NCBI GenBank assembly: GCA_963726745.1
Contig: CAVSDR010000006.1
Location: 1-64,000 of the forward strand
Direction: 5' to 3'
Origin: an uncultured Verrucomicrobiae bacterium
Lineage (GTDB): Bacteria; Verrucomicrobiota; Verrucomicrobiia; Chthoniobacterales; UBA10450
DNA: 64,000 nucleotides
In this document: positions 1 to 11,079 of the stretch, piece by piece
Layout of the letters: every line of letters begins with the position of its first letter
Position numbering within the stretch: the stretch's first letter is position 1
Translations under genes and position numbers: made by a program
The notes under the pieces: model-generated
Told to the model about the DNA's origin: nothing
The model's input: only the letters and a program-made list of their open reading frames with translations
The model's database searches: none

Positions 1-1458
1 AACTACTGCAACATCCTGCGGGATGAGGCCTCTCCTACGGCGATTACGTCGAGCAGTTGACGTTTCTGTTGTTCCTGAAAATGGCGGACGAGCAGTCGAA
101 GCCGCCGTTCAACAAGCCGTCGCCCATCCCGCCGGAATACAGTTGGCCTGCGCTCCTGAAGCTGGATGGCGACGAACTCGAGATTCATTACCGCCATACG
201 CTGGAGGAACTCGGCAAGCGCTCGGGCATGCTCGGCGTCATCTTTCGCAAGGCGCAAAACAAAATCCAGGACCCGGCCAAGCTGCGCCGGCTCATCGTGG
301 ACCTGATCGACAAGGAGCAGTGGTCCAGCCTTTCCGCCGACGTGAAGGGCGACGCCTACGAGGGGCTGCTGCAAAAGAACGCCGAGGACGTGAAAGGCGG
401 CGCGGGCCAATACTTCACCCCGCGCCCGCTCATCGCCGCGATGGTGGACGCGATCGCTCCGCAACCGTCCGAAGCCGGACAGGGTGACGATCTGCGATCC
501 GGCCTGCGGCACGGGCGGGTTCCTGCTCGCGGCGCATGATTACATCGCCAAGCATTATCAGCTCGACCGGGCGCAAAAGAAGCAGCTCAAGAACGGCACG
601 CTCTTCGGGATCGAGCTGGTCGACAGCGTCACCCGGCTCTGCGCGATGAACCTCCTGCTTCACGGGATCGGCGGCGAGCTCGAAGAGAATCTGCCGGTCG
701 TGACCAAGGACGCGCTCGCCGCGAAGCACGGCGAATACGACATCGTCCTGGCCAATCCGCCCTTCGGCAAGAAGAGCAGCGTCACCATCGTCAACGAAGC
801 GGGCGAGACCTCGAAGGAATCGCTCATCATCAACCGCGACGATTTCTGGGCGAGCACGAGCAACAAGCAGCTCAACTTCCTCCAGCACATCTTCACCATC
901 CTCAAGCAGCACGGCCGCGCCGCGGTCGTGTTGCCCGATAACGTCCTCTTCGAAGGCGGCGCCGGCGAAACGATCCGGCGCGCCTTACTCAAGCAAGCCG
1001 ACGTCCACACCCTCGTGCGCCTGCCCACCGGCATCTTCTACGCGCAAGGAGTGAAGGCCAACGTCCTCTTCTTCGACCGCAAACCCGCCCAGGAAAAGCC
1101 GTGGACGACCAAGCTCTGGATCTACGACCTGCGCACCAACCTGCACTTCACCCTCAAAGAAAACACCCTCAAGCGCAGCGACCTCGACGACTTCGTCGCC
1201 TGCTACAACCCGAAGAACCGCCACGACCGCAAGCCGACCTGGACCGAGAAAAACGACAAAGGCCGCTGGCGCTCCTACAACTACGAAGAGCTAATCAAGC
1301 GCGACAAAATCAACCTCGACATCTTCTGGCTCAAAGACGAAGCCCTCGAAGAAAGCGCCAACCTCCCCGCCCCCGAAGTCATCGCCGCCGATATCGTGGC
1401 TGACCTCGAAGCGGCACTGGAGCAGTTCGCCACGATTGCCGAGGATTTGAAGAAGTAA
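1..1458 (+). CDS. hsdM: Type I restriction-modification methyltransferase subunit (N6-adenine), 5'-truncated by window edge; apparent frameshifts near 28 and 480
   Basis: Joined ORFs 57..539 and 484..1458 give LTFLLFLKMADE, GDAYEGLL, GQYFTPR, DPACGTGGFL (motif I) and NPPF (motif IV). Confidence 0.93.
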
Positions 1459-1460
1459 CC

Positions 1461-1880
1461 GCGGGATATCTGGGAGCCTCTGCGGGCCATCCGGAAGCCT
1501 CTGCGGGATATCCGGGAGCCTCTGCGGGATATCCGGGAGCCTCTGCGGGACATCCGGGAGCCTCTGCGGGATATCTGGGAACCTCTGCGGGATACCTGGG
1601 AACCTCTGCGGGATATCCGGGAACCTCTGCGGGATATCTGGGAACCTCTGCGGGATATCTGGGAACCTCTGCGGGATATCTGGGAACCTCTGCGGGATAT
1701 CTGGGAACCTCTGCGGGATATCTGGGAACCTCTGCGGGATATCTGGGAACCTCTGCGGGATATCTGGGAACCTCTGCGGGACATCCGGGAGCCTCTGCGG
1801 GATATCCGGGAGCCTCTGCGGGATATCCGGGAACCGCTGCGGGATATCCGGGAGTCTCTGCGGGATATCTGGAAAGTTCT
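1461..1880 (+). repeat. Tandem array of ~20 copies of a 21-bp unit, consensus GCGGGATATC(T/C)GGGA(A/G)CCTCT
   Basis: Units read directly at 21-bp spacing from 1461; central units identical, edge units degenerate; no spacers. Confidence 0.98.
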
Positions 1881-2204
1881 TCGGGACGTCCGGAAAGCCG
1901 GGCGAGACGGGCAGGATTTTCGCAGGATTGAGTCGCACCGCTCGCAAAGATGCGAGGGCGCTTGAGCTAACGAGTGGGCCGAAAAGGGCCGAAAAAGGGC
2001 GTTTTTGCGAAAAGGCGTTGGACTGGCCTAAATACGGAAAAAGCGCGCGGGAGTTCTCGGATTTTTGTCGTTAGGCACTTTTTTTCACTTTTCCGGCGCG
2101 GTGGTGGCACGGCTGCTTTTACAAGGTCTCGAATCCGACGAGTCCCAGTAAGACCCGCCGGCGCATAAACGAAAAACCAACCAGAAAGAGAAAGAACCAA
2201 GAAC

Positions 2205-2825
2205 ATGATTGTAAAAGCATCTATCGAATGGCTTACGGCCATCTCCGACGCAGAACTCGCCAGCCAGACCGATAACATCGTGACGGCTGTCACCGGGAAC
2301 GCCAACTTCCCCATGCCCAGCCCGAGCCTGGGACTCATCAGCTCCGCCCTCGCGGAATTCCGCGCCGCGGTGGCCAACGCCGCCGGGGGCGGCAAGGAAC
2401 TGACCGCGATCAAGAACGCCAAGCGGGCCGCATTGGTCTCGCTCCTGCGCCAGCTCGCGAGCTACCTCACCATCACCAGCGCGCACGACCTGGCGAAGTT
2501 GCTCTCAAGCAAGTTCCCCAACCAGAAGCCGACCCGCACCAAGGTGGGCCAGCTCCCCGCCCCGGAATCGCCGGTGCTGCGCCAGGGGAAACCGTCCGGC
2601 CAGCTCGATGCCTCGGTCACGCCGGTCTACGGAGCTTCCTCCTATAACTGGCGCGTGGCCCTGGCTTCCGCTCCGGAGACCTACCTGCAAACCGCGCAGA
2701 CCGTCGGTGGCCGCACCTCCTTCAAGGGCTTAACCCCCGGGGAGTCCTACCTGGTCGAGGCCAACGCCGTCGGCGCCGAAGGCCCCAGCGATTGGAGCGA
2801 CGACGCGGAAATGATGGTGGTGTAA
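2205..2825 (+). CDS. Uncharacterised ~206-aa protein, helical N-terminus plus C-terminal fibronectin type III-like domain (paralogue of 17340..17954)
   Basis: C-terminal GLTPGESYLVEANAVGAEGPSDWS fits the FN3 pattern; AG-rich leader before ATG; no signal peptide visible. Confidence 0.8.
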   Translation: MIVKASIEWLTAISDAELASQTDNIVTAVTGNANFPMPSPSLGLISSALAEFRAAVANAAGGGKELTAIKNAKRAALVSLLRQLASYLTITSAHDLAKLLSSKFPNQKPTRTKVGQLPAPESPVLRQGKPSGQLDASVTPVYGASSYNWRVALASAPETYLQTAQTVGGRTSFKGLTPGESYLVEANAVGAEGPSDWSDDAEMMVV

Positions 2826-2886
2826 GACTACCACGACCGCAGCACAGCGCCCGCCGATAGACACGACGCGGCGCAAACAAAGGGAA

Positions 2887-2918
2887 GGCGCCCGAGGGAT
2901 CGGGCGCCGCTTTCGTTT
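2887..2918 (+). terminator. Probable intrinsic terminator after the FN3-like gene
   Basis: GGCGCCCGA-GGGA-TCGGGCGCC hairpin followed by GCTTTCGTTT. Confidence 0.6.
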
Positions 2919-2936
2919 ATGGGCTCATCCCCGGAG

Positions 2937-3486
2937 CAGGAAGGCAGGAATCAATTTAGAAGCCAGGAAACCAAAAAGAAGAGACGAATCAGGAAGGCAG
3001 AAAAACAGGAATTAAATTTGGAAGCCAGGAAACCAGAAAGGTAAATGAAGCAGAAAGGCAGGAAATTAATCTGGATGCCAGGAAACAAGGAAGAAGAGAC
3101 GAATCAGGAAAGCAGAAAAACAGGAGTTACATTTGGAAGGCGGGAGACCAGAAAGGGAAACTAAGACTGCCACTCGCCATCTCTTTTCCGGCTTCTCGGT
3201 TCTAAATTATCTACCTCCCTTTCCTGCTTTCCCACGTTCCTGATTCCCCAGCATTTCTGGCTTCCTGGTTTCCGAATTTATCTCTTCCTCTTCCTGCTTA
3301 CCCCCGTTCCTGATTCATCAGTTATTCTGGCTTCCTGGTTTCCAAATTAGTCTCCTCCCCTTCTGCTTTCCTACCCTCCTGATTTATCGGCTTTCCTGGT
3401 TTCCCGGTTTCCAAATCAATCTCTGCCCCTTCCTACTTTCCTACGTTCCTAATTCATCTCCTCTCCCTTCCTGCTTCCTGTTTTCG
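2937..3486. repeat. REPIN/BIME-like palindromic array: 4 purine-rich units followed by 4 inverted pyrimidine-rich units
   Basis: CAGGAAGGCAGGAA...AATTTGGAAGCCAGGAAACCAGAAAG units at 2937, 2990, 3051, 3105; inverted TTCTGGCTTCCTGGTTTCCAAATT...TTCCTGATT units from ~3184. Confidence 0.9.
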
Positions 3487-4906
3487 TTATCCAGCCGCTT
3501 CCTGGATGAGTTCCCAGACTTTGCGCAGGTGTTCCTCGGTGGTGAGAAGGTTGCCTAGGCCGAGGCGCATGACGGTGCGGCCTTTGAGCTTGGTTTGCAT
3601 GAGGTAGGTCTCGCCGGCGGCGTTGAGTTGCTCGACGAGTTTGCCGTTGGCGGCGTCGTCGGCGCCGCGCAGGCGGAAGCAGACCACGGGCATGACCGTG
3701 GGCGCGGCCAGCTCGAAGCGGTCGCTCGCTTCGATCCACCCGGTGAAGAGCTGGGCCAGGCGCTGGTGGTCGCGGATGCGCGCGGCCATGCCCTCGCGGC
3801 CGAAGGCGCGCCAGATGATCCAGGCCTTGAGCGCGCGGAAACGGCGGCCCAGCTGGACGCCGTAGTCCATGTAGTTAATCTCCGCGCCGGCGGCGTCGCC
3901 GCGCAGGTATTCCGGCACGAGGGTGAAGACGTCGCGCAGCCGCCGGATGTCGCGCACATAGAGCGCGCTAAAATCGAACGGGACAAAGAGCATCTTGTGC
4001 GGGTTAATGACTAACGAGTCGGCCTCGGCCCAGCCTTCCTGGACCCAAGCGCACTCGGGCAGAATCGCGAGGCCGCCGCCGTAAGCGGCATCGAGGTGGA
4101 GCCACATCGCCATGCTCGCGGCAGACGCGGGCGATCTCGCGCACGGGATCGACGCTGGCGGTGGAGGTGGTGCCGACGGTGGCGACGACGGCGAGCGGGA
4201 AGAACTCTTTCCGGCGATCGGCGGCAACCGCTTCGCGCAGCGCGGCGACATCCATCCGAAAGGCTGCGTCGCTCGGGATGCGGCGGACGTTGTGCTCCCC
4301 CAGCCCAAGAGCGATGGCGGCTTTCTCGACTGAGCTATGCGCCTGGTCGGACGCGTAGATGCGGAAGATCGGCAGCTCGGCGCGACCGGAAAGGCCAAGG
4401 GTGCGCACGGAGGTGCCGGCTTCTTCGCGCGCGGCCGCGAGCGCGTGCATCGTGGAGATGGAAGCGGTGTCGTAGACCACGCCACTGAACTCGTTAGGTA
4501 GACCGAGCCATTGCTGGAGCCAGCCGAGGACGACGGTCTCGAGCTCGGTGGCCGCGGGCGAGGTGCGCCAGGTCATGGCGTTAACGTTGAGCGCGGCGGT
4601 GAGCATCTCCGCGAGGATGCCGGGGCCATTCGTGGTCGTGCCGAAGTAGCCCATGAACTGCGGGTGCGCCCAGTGGGTGATCCCCGGCATGATCAGCTGG
4701 TCGAACTCGGCGAGAATGCAGTCTAATTTCTCCGCCTCCTCCGGCGCGTGCGCGGGCAAGGAATCCCGGATCGCGCCCGGCTTGCCCGTGGGCGAAATCC
4801 GCCGGCCGGCGATGCCTTCGCGGTAATCCGCGATCCAATCGGCCACCCGGTGAAGGTGCTGTCTAAATTCCTCCGGGGGGATGTCGCCTAACGAGTCGTC
4901 GCCCAT
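3487..4906 (-). CDS. Group II PLP-dependent (aromatic L-amino acid-type) decarboxylase; frameshift near 4105
   Basis: PGITHWAHPQF, TSPAATELE, HSSVEKA, WLHLDAAYGG and NPHK (PLP lysine) across two ORFs. Confidence 0.9.
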
Positions 4907-4915
4907 GGCGGTGAA

Positions 4916-7082
4916 CTAGAACGCGAAGCCGAAGCTAAAGTGGAAAGCGCCGAAGGCCTCGCCCGCGCGCGGGTCGGGATTTACGCCATAGTCGATCCGC
5001 AGCGGACCGATGGGCAGCTGGTAGCGCAAGCCCAGGCCGACGGCGTAACGCATATTCCCAAGGCCGGCATCTTCCGCGCGCGCAACCAGGTTGCCGGCAT
5101 CGGCAAAGACCGCCAGCTGAAGCTCGCCGTAAATCGGGAAGGAATACTCGGCATTGAAGACGGTGAAGAACTCGCCGCCGATGGGATTGCCGCGATCCAT
5201 CGGGCCAAGCTCGCGCTCGGCAAAGCTGCGCACGCTGTTGCTCCCGCCATTATAGAAGCGCTCGTCGATCGGGATCTGATTATCGTTCAAGCTCTGGATC
5301 ACGCCGGCGCGCGCCCCGGCGGAAAACATCGAGCGGCGGAACCATTTCTCCCAGGCGCTCTCTTCCTCCTCGGACGCGCCAGGATTAACCCGGACAACTT
5401 TCTTGTCCTCGGCAAAAGGAAGGTAATAGCTCACGCGCGCGGTGCTCCGGACGAAGTCGACCTGGCTGCCGATGGTGCTGCCGGCGTAGTCGAAAGTGTT
5501 ATCGAAGACCACGCCGCGCGGAGCAACGAGCGGGTTCTTGCGCAGGTCGAGCGTCTGGGTGTAACCGACGGTGTTGACCTGGTAGGAAGTGCGGCCAAGG
5601 AATTGCGGATCGATCTGCGCGGAGGTGACCTCCACGTGACGCAGGCCGAAGATGGCCGCGAGTTTGTATTGCTTCGAGAACTCGCGCTCGAACTCGAAAT
5701 GCCCACCAAACTCCAACTTCGAGTAGGCATCGAAATCATAGGTCAGCGAAAAGATCCGCGAGCGCAGGTGAACCTGGGTATCGAAGAGATAAGGATCTTC
5801 AAAAGCCACCTCCGCCCTTGTAGCCGCGGCTGGAATATTCCACCGATGTAGTTAAGGGGCGGCCGTAGCCGAAGAGGTCGCGGTCGCGAAAGGAAGCGCC
5901 GACAATCAAGCCCGCATAGGTGCCGTAACCCAGGGAGAAGCCGAACTCCTTGCTCTTCGCCTCTTCCGCGGCCACGTCGAGGCGGAGCTCGTTGCCATTC
6001 ACCGGCACCGGCTTGATCTGCAGGATATTGAAGAGCCCGGTCTTCATGAGCTCACGAAAGGTCTCATCAACAATCGCGGGATCGTAAGTCTTCCCGCTCA
6101 GGCGGCTGAAGCGCTTGGTGACATAACTCGGACGCAAACGCTTTAACCCAGTGACGGTGGAACCGTCGAAGCGATAGACCGGTCCGGGAGAAACCGTCAC
6201 CTGCACCGGCACGCGCGTGCCGCGGGCCGCCTGCGGATTCGCGGTCGCGTCGACTTTGACCGCATAATAGCCGTGCGACTTGTAGTAAGCCTGGAGGCGG
6301 CGCGGGATATCGGCCAGGCGTCGATCCGTGTAAGGCTCCTGCAAAAGGTCGGCTAACTCGCGGCGCAGCACCTCGGCCTCGAAAACGGTGCGGCCGCGGA
6401 ATTGCAGATCGCCAAAGGCATATTGCCGGCCCTCGACGATGGCGATCGTTAGGTCCACCTGGGTGCCATCGGCCACCAGGCGATAGTTTGGCTCCTGCAC
6501 GATGACATTCAGAAAGCCCTCGGAAACGTAAAGGCGGCGAACCAGGTCGACGCCTTCCTGGAGATCGGTGCGGACAAACGGAAGCTTCTTCTCCGTCTTC
6601 CCATAACGCTCGCGCGTGGGACCGATGAGGAACTCGAGCAGCTTCGGGGACGCAAGGTGATCATTGCCGACAAAGTCGACCTGGCCCACGGTCACGCGCA
6701 CGCCTTCGTCGATGATCAGGCGGAGGCGGTTGCCGGCAATTTCATAGCGCACCTCGGCTTTCTCGAAGCCCTGTTTGCGATAGAAAAGCTGGAGGAGAAA
6801 CGCGGCATCGTCGCCCCGGGCCGCGGTCAGGCCGAGCTCGGAGATGGCGGTGATCTGCTCTTTCAGCTGGGTGCGAAGCTCGTCTTCCTTGAAGGCGGTC
6901 GCGCCGACGATGGTAACGTTCGAATGCTGCGCGACCTTGTTTTGCTCCTTGGCCACGACGTTGGCCTGGCGCTCTTTCTCTTCCGTGCGGGTGACATCGA
7001 CCGCGCGCTGCGCCCAGGCGTTGCCGGAAATAAGCAGCAAGATGGCGGCGGCGCCGCAGAGAGGTAAAGGCCGGAAGCTCAT
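4916..7082 (-). CDS. tamA: Omp85 family outer membrane protein (TamA/BamA-like; POTRA domains plus barrel); frameshift near 5805
   Basis: Signal peptide, POTRA-like repeats, ERFYNGGSNSVRSF, GPLRIDYG, C-terminal FSFGFAF; overlaps tamB. Confidence 0.82.
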
Positions 7083-10000
7083 CGGAAACGCACGAGGTAT
7101 TTCACGGTGCCACGGAAGTCGCCCTGGACGCCAATCTCGCCGATAACCTGCACCTGGTCGGTGGCGCGATAACGCGCGGTCGCCGTCTGCTGGCCGGTGC
7201 GCGGATCGACCCCGCCGACGTCGACCTGCAAGCGGTCAAGGACGCTGTTGGTATTCGAGCCACTGCCTTTCTTGAAGATCTTTTGATAGAGCTGTTGACC
7301 TAACAAGAGCAACGCGCGACCGGCAAGCACATTGCCCCCGCTGGCAAGTTGTTCGCGAGTAACGCCGGTGGCCAGCAGGGTAATGATTTCCTCCTGCGGC
7401 AACGGGGGCTCGCTGGTGAAGACCGCTTCCGGCTGGTCGGCCGTGCCGTAGATGTAGACCCGCACGGTGTAATCGCGGATGACCGAGGTGCCCTGGAGGT
7501 CGAGGCCGGGATTAAGCGGGTCCTCCGGCCGGAAGTAGATGAAGCCCTGCGTAATCTCGAGCCGGCTGAAAGGCAGCGTGGCCTCGACATTCTGCAAACG
7601 CACGGAGCCATTGATCACTGGCTTCAAGCCCGTGCCGGTGAGACGGGCGTCGACGATGGCCGCGCCGTTCGCGAGATTGCCGCGGATCAGGAACGGCGTC
7701 TTCGTGGTCACGGCGATGTCAAAAGTCCAGTCGCGCAGCGGCGGCTCGGGGAAGGAAAGCGCCGGCGTATCCGAGGGCGGTGCCGGCGCCGGCGGCGGCC
7801 GGCCGGGGACGCCGATGGGGATAAGGTCGAGGTTTTTCAGGAACTGACTGTTCGTTAGGGCAACGCTCCCGGTGACCGAGGCTTTCGCGAGCGGGCCGGC
7901 GATGCGGATGTTCGCATCGGTGCGCACGGTGAGGTTGTCATTGCGCGCCACCAGGATGGCATCGGCCTGCAGGGTGAGATCGAAGGTGGGCTCGGTGAGT
8001 TTCGGGAAAGTGATCGCGCCGGAAACCGTGAAAGGGCCACCGGCGAGTTCGCCCTTGAACTGCTCGAACTGGAGACGGTCGCGGGTGAAGGCAAGGCGGG
8101 CGTTGAAATTCGTCACTGCCGGGAGCGTGGGATTGCTGAAGCGGGCGGCATTGATCCGCATCTCCGCGGCGCCGCTCAACGCGGGGTTGGCCACGGTGCC
8201 GGTGACGTCGACATTCAAGGCCAGGGTGCCATCGACGCGCTCGAGCGCGGGCACGAACTGGCGCACGAAATTGATCGAGCTGCTGGGCATGCGCACCTTG
8301 GCCGTGACCGGTGTTTGCTCGTCGAAGGCTTTGCGCTCGATGATTTTCGCCACGTCCAGCGGGAGCGCGGCCTCGATTTGCACCGGCTGGATGCGCGGCT
8401 GCTGGAGTTGTGCGTCCACGCGCAACTGTTCGTTAGCCAGCTTCGCCGCGAGGACAAAGTTTGCCGGCTCGAAGCGCTCGAGCTTGCCGCTGCGCACGCT
8501 CGCCAGCTTCAGGTCGAGCGAAGCCTGGAGATCGCTCAGCGCGCCGCTGGCCTCGAACTTGACGCTGGCCGCGCCGGCAATGGGGAAGCTGGAGCCGAAG
8601 TCTTTGGCCAGCTTTGCGAGGTCAAGATCCTCCGACTGCAAAGTAATCAGCACTTTCCCATCGGGCGGGATCAAAGGCTCCGCCGTGCCAAGATTCTCCC
8701 ACACGAACGGCACGGAAACGTAGCCGCCGGCATACTTCGCCGCGCCCTGCACGATCTCGATCTTCGAGATTTCGAGATGGCGATCGCGCGTTTCCATGAT
8801 CGCCTGGAACATCATCTTATCCGACGAGACGTAGACGATCGGGACGTTGAGTGCTTCCGGCGAATAACGCGCGTCGACCCGGGCTTCGAGTTGCTGGAGG
8901 TCGCCGAAGCGGCCGTTCTTTAACTCCAGCTGGAGGTTGCCGGTATCGTGAAAGCGCGCGGCTACGCCTTCGCCGGTCCAATCGAGAGTCAGCGCGCCGG
9001 CGAGCTGTTTCTCCTGCCCCAGACCCTTAAGCAGCGGTTCGAACTTCGAGAGGTCGGCTAAATTAGCCGACAACTTCCCGCGATAAGGAAAGGGCGCTTT
9101 CACTTCCACCTGGCCGTAGCCGGCGAGGTGCCCCTGCTCGTTCAACTGCGCACTCAGGTCGGTTAGGTAGACGACATTCTCCGCAGTGGTCCCCTGGAGA
9201 TTGAGCTGCTCGACCACGAGATCGCGCGCGCGCAGGTTGCTGGCAAAAAGATTGAACCAGCCATCGCCCAGGCGCTGTTGGTAATTCACCCGGCCGCTTC
9301 CCTGGAGCTGGCCAGTAACCTTGTTCGGGCTGTCGACCGCCCAGAATTCGCCTACCTGCGGCGCGGCGATGGAGAACTCAACGGTCGCCGGCTGGGCTGC
9401 GGCCTGGGCGAGATCCGCTGGGAGCAGATACGTGCCGCTGAGCGCAATCTCGTTGGTTCCCTGGCTAACGAGTAGTTGCTTGACTGTGACCGGCTGGCCC
9501 TCGCTCTGCACCGCGCCGCGGATCGAAGCGATCGCGTAATCCTGAAAGCGCAGCGCAGTCGCCTCGAGGTTCAGCTCCGTGCTCAGTCCCTGGAAGAACG
9601 GGAGCGTTTCTCCCGGCGGCGGCATTTTGCGCGCGGCATTCAGTTTCACGACCGCCTTCTGGAGCGTCCCTTGGGCAAAGGTCAACGGCCCGGCGACGGC
9701 GGCGAGATCGGCGTAAAGGGTTTCGTGCTCGATCTTGATCTGGCCGTTTACTTCTGCCGGTCCTTTGATCGGCTGCGGCATCCCGGCGGTCAGCGAAGCC
9801 AGCTCGGGAATGTTCGCCCGGAGCTGGAGATTTGCCGGCGCACGACCGAACTCGGCGGTCGTTTCCGGAAGCGTGGCCGTGCCGGTGACGCTGATGTGAT
9901 TCGCGCCGCGGCTCAGGTCGAGCTGCTGGATCTTCGCCTGGCCATTCTCCGCGCGCGCCTCGATCGCCACGGCATCGAAAACCACTCCGCCAGCCGAAAA

Positions 10001-11011
10001 ATTTTCCACCTGTCCGCTGACGGTGCCACGCCATGAGCTTGGTTGATCGGCCCTGCCGGAACCGTGAATCGCAAGCTGCTTCACCTCGCCCACGAGGCCG
10101 GAAGGCGGCGCGGCCAGGGCGGGCACGCCCTCACTCCTGGACTGGGCCGGCGCCGGTGGCTGGAGATATTTTCGCACCGCCTCGAGCGAAGTATCGGCCA
10201 CGTTCAAGTCGACCTGCGTCTCCAGCGAGTCGCCCTTTTCGCCTAACGAGAGGGCGGTGTCGATTTTTCCGCCGGCCACGGTGCCGCGGAGCGCGACGTC
10301 CAATTTGCCCTGGCCAATCTTGGAGGCGTCGAGGTTGACCACGTCGAGCTTCGTCTGCTCGTCGAGGACGAGGTTCCGCAGGTAAAGATTGCGGTTTTCG
10401 TAGGTCGTTTGCGCGGTCACGTCGGTCCAGCGTTTACCGCTGGGGAGCTGCAACTGGGCAATGTGGAGGGCGCCCGGCGTGGTGGGATTCAGCTCCAGAT
10501 CGAGGCCTTGGAGGAGAAACTCGTGCGGCTCCGAGGCCATGCGCACGTTGACGTTGGAAAGGGTGAGCCGATCGGGGAAAAACGAGGGCAAGGTGAACTT
10601 CTGGTCCGGCTTGGGCGCAGGCGGCGGCGGGGCTTTGGCGGGATCGAGGACCACGGTGGCATTGCGCAGCTCCACGCTCTCGAGCAGCCGCGGCATCCCG
10701 CCGGTGAGCAAACCCCAGAGGCTGTAATCCACCCGCAGGAGATCGGCATCGAGCGCCTGCAAAGCCGAGGGACCGGTGGCGGACGCATGCACATTGCGCA
10801 GCTCCAGGCCGCCGAGGACGGAGCCGCTGACGCGCAGGTCGAGCTTTAGGTTTTGCCCGGCCGCGACCTTGATCGCCACCTGCCGGACGACGGTCTGGAG
10901 GATGGGCCGGTGAAAAATAGCCAGCAAGACGACGAGCACGCCCAAGGCGATCCCGATTCCCTTAAGCCAGCGCCAGAAGCGCGAACTCGTGTTGGCAGCG
11001 TTTTCATCCAC
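7079..11011 (-). CDS. tamB: Translocation/assembly module TamB (DUF490) protein
   Basis: 1310 aa, N-terminal membrane anchor, beta-rich body, SEPPLPQEEIITLLATG motif, adjacent to Omp85 gene. Confidence 0.87.
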   Translation of the reverse strand: MDENAANTSSRFWRWLKGIGIALGVLVVLLAIFHRPILQTVVRQVAIKVAAGQNLKLDLRVSGSVLGGLELRNVHASATGPSALQALDADLLRVDYSLWGLLTGGMPRLLESVELRNATVVLDPAKAPPPPAPKPDQKFTLPSFFPDRLTLSNVNVRMASEPHEFLLQGLDLELNPTTPGALHIAQLQLPSGKRWTDVTAQTTYENRNLYLRNLVLDEQTKLDVVNLDASKIGQGKLDVALRGTVAGGKIDTALSLGEKGDSLETQVDLNVADTSLEAVRKYLQPPAPAQSRSEGVPALAAPPSGLVGEVKQLAIHGSGRADQPSSWRGTVSGQVENFSAGGVVFDAVAIEARAENGQAKIQQLDLSRGANHISVTGTATLPETTAEFGRAPANLQLRANIPELASLTAGMPQPIKGPAEVNGQIKIEHETLYADLAAVAGPLTFAQGTLQKAVVKLNAARKMPPPGETLPFFQGLSTELNLEATALRFQDYAIASIRGAVQSEGQPVTVKQLLVSQGTNEIALSGTYLLPADLAQAAAQPATVEFSIAAPQVGEFWAVDSPNKVTGQLQGSGRVNYQQRLGDGWFNLFASNLRARDLVVEQLNLQGTTAENVVYLTDLSAQLNEQGHLAGYGQVEVKAPFPYRGKLSANLADLSKFEPLLKGLGQEKQLAGALTLDWTGEGVAARFHDTGNLQLELKNGRFGDLQQLEARVDARYSPEALNVPIVYVSSDKMMFQAIMETRDRHLEISKIEIVQGAAKYAGGYVSVPFVWENLGTAEPLIPPDGKVLITLQSEDLDLAKLAKDFGSSFPIAGAASVKFEASGALSDLQASLDLKLASVRSGKLERFEPANFVLAAKLANEQLRVDAQLQQPRIQPVQIEAALPLDVAKIIERKAFDEQTPVTAKVRMPSSSINFVRQFVPALERVDGTLALNVDVTGTVANPALSGAAEMRINAARFSNPTLPAVTNFNARLAFTRDRLQFEQFKGELAGGPFTVSGAITFPKLTEPTFDLTLQADAILVARNDNLTVRTDANIRIAGPLAKASVTGSVALTNSQFLKNLDLIPIGVPGRPPPAPAPPSDTPALSFPEPPLRDWTFDIAVTTKTPFLIRGNLANGAAIVDARLTGTGLKPVINGSVRLQNVEATLPFSRLEITQGFIYFRPEDPLNPGLDLQGTSVIRDYTVRVYIYGTADQPEAVFTSEPPLPQEEIITLLATGVTREQLASGGNVLAGRALLLLGQQLYQKIFKKGSGSNTNSVLDRLQVDVGGVDPRTGQQTATARYRATDQVQVIGEIGVQGDFRGTVKYLVRFR

Positions 11012-11079
11012 GTGGCTTCAAGGTATTTCCCCGCGGGCAAAGAGCAATTCGCACAGGAGCTTTTTCGCTCCCGGCTGGC

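Noticed and set aside
3..912. Long antisense ORFs opposite hsdM, and similar ones opposite thiolase, ACAD, hflX and glnS
   Set aside because: Shadow ORFs expected from high-GC codon bias opposite real genes
1..1458. Orphan hsdM
   Set aside because: hsdS/hsdR could lie upstream, outside the window; cannot be judged
1461..1880. CRISPR array
   Set aside because: Units abut with no unique spacers, and there are no cas genes in the window
2104..2120. Sigma-54 promoter upstream of the first FN3-like gene (TGGCACG)
   Set aside because: The -24 element matches but the required -12 TTGC is absent at the correct spacing
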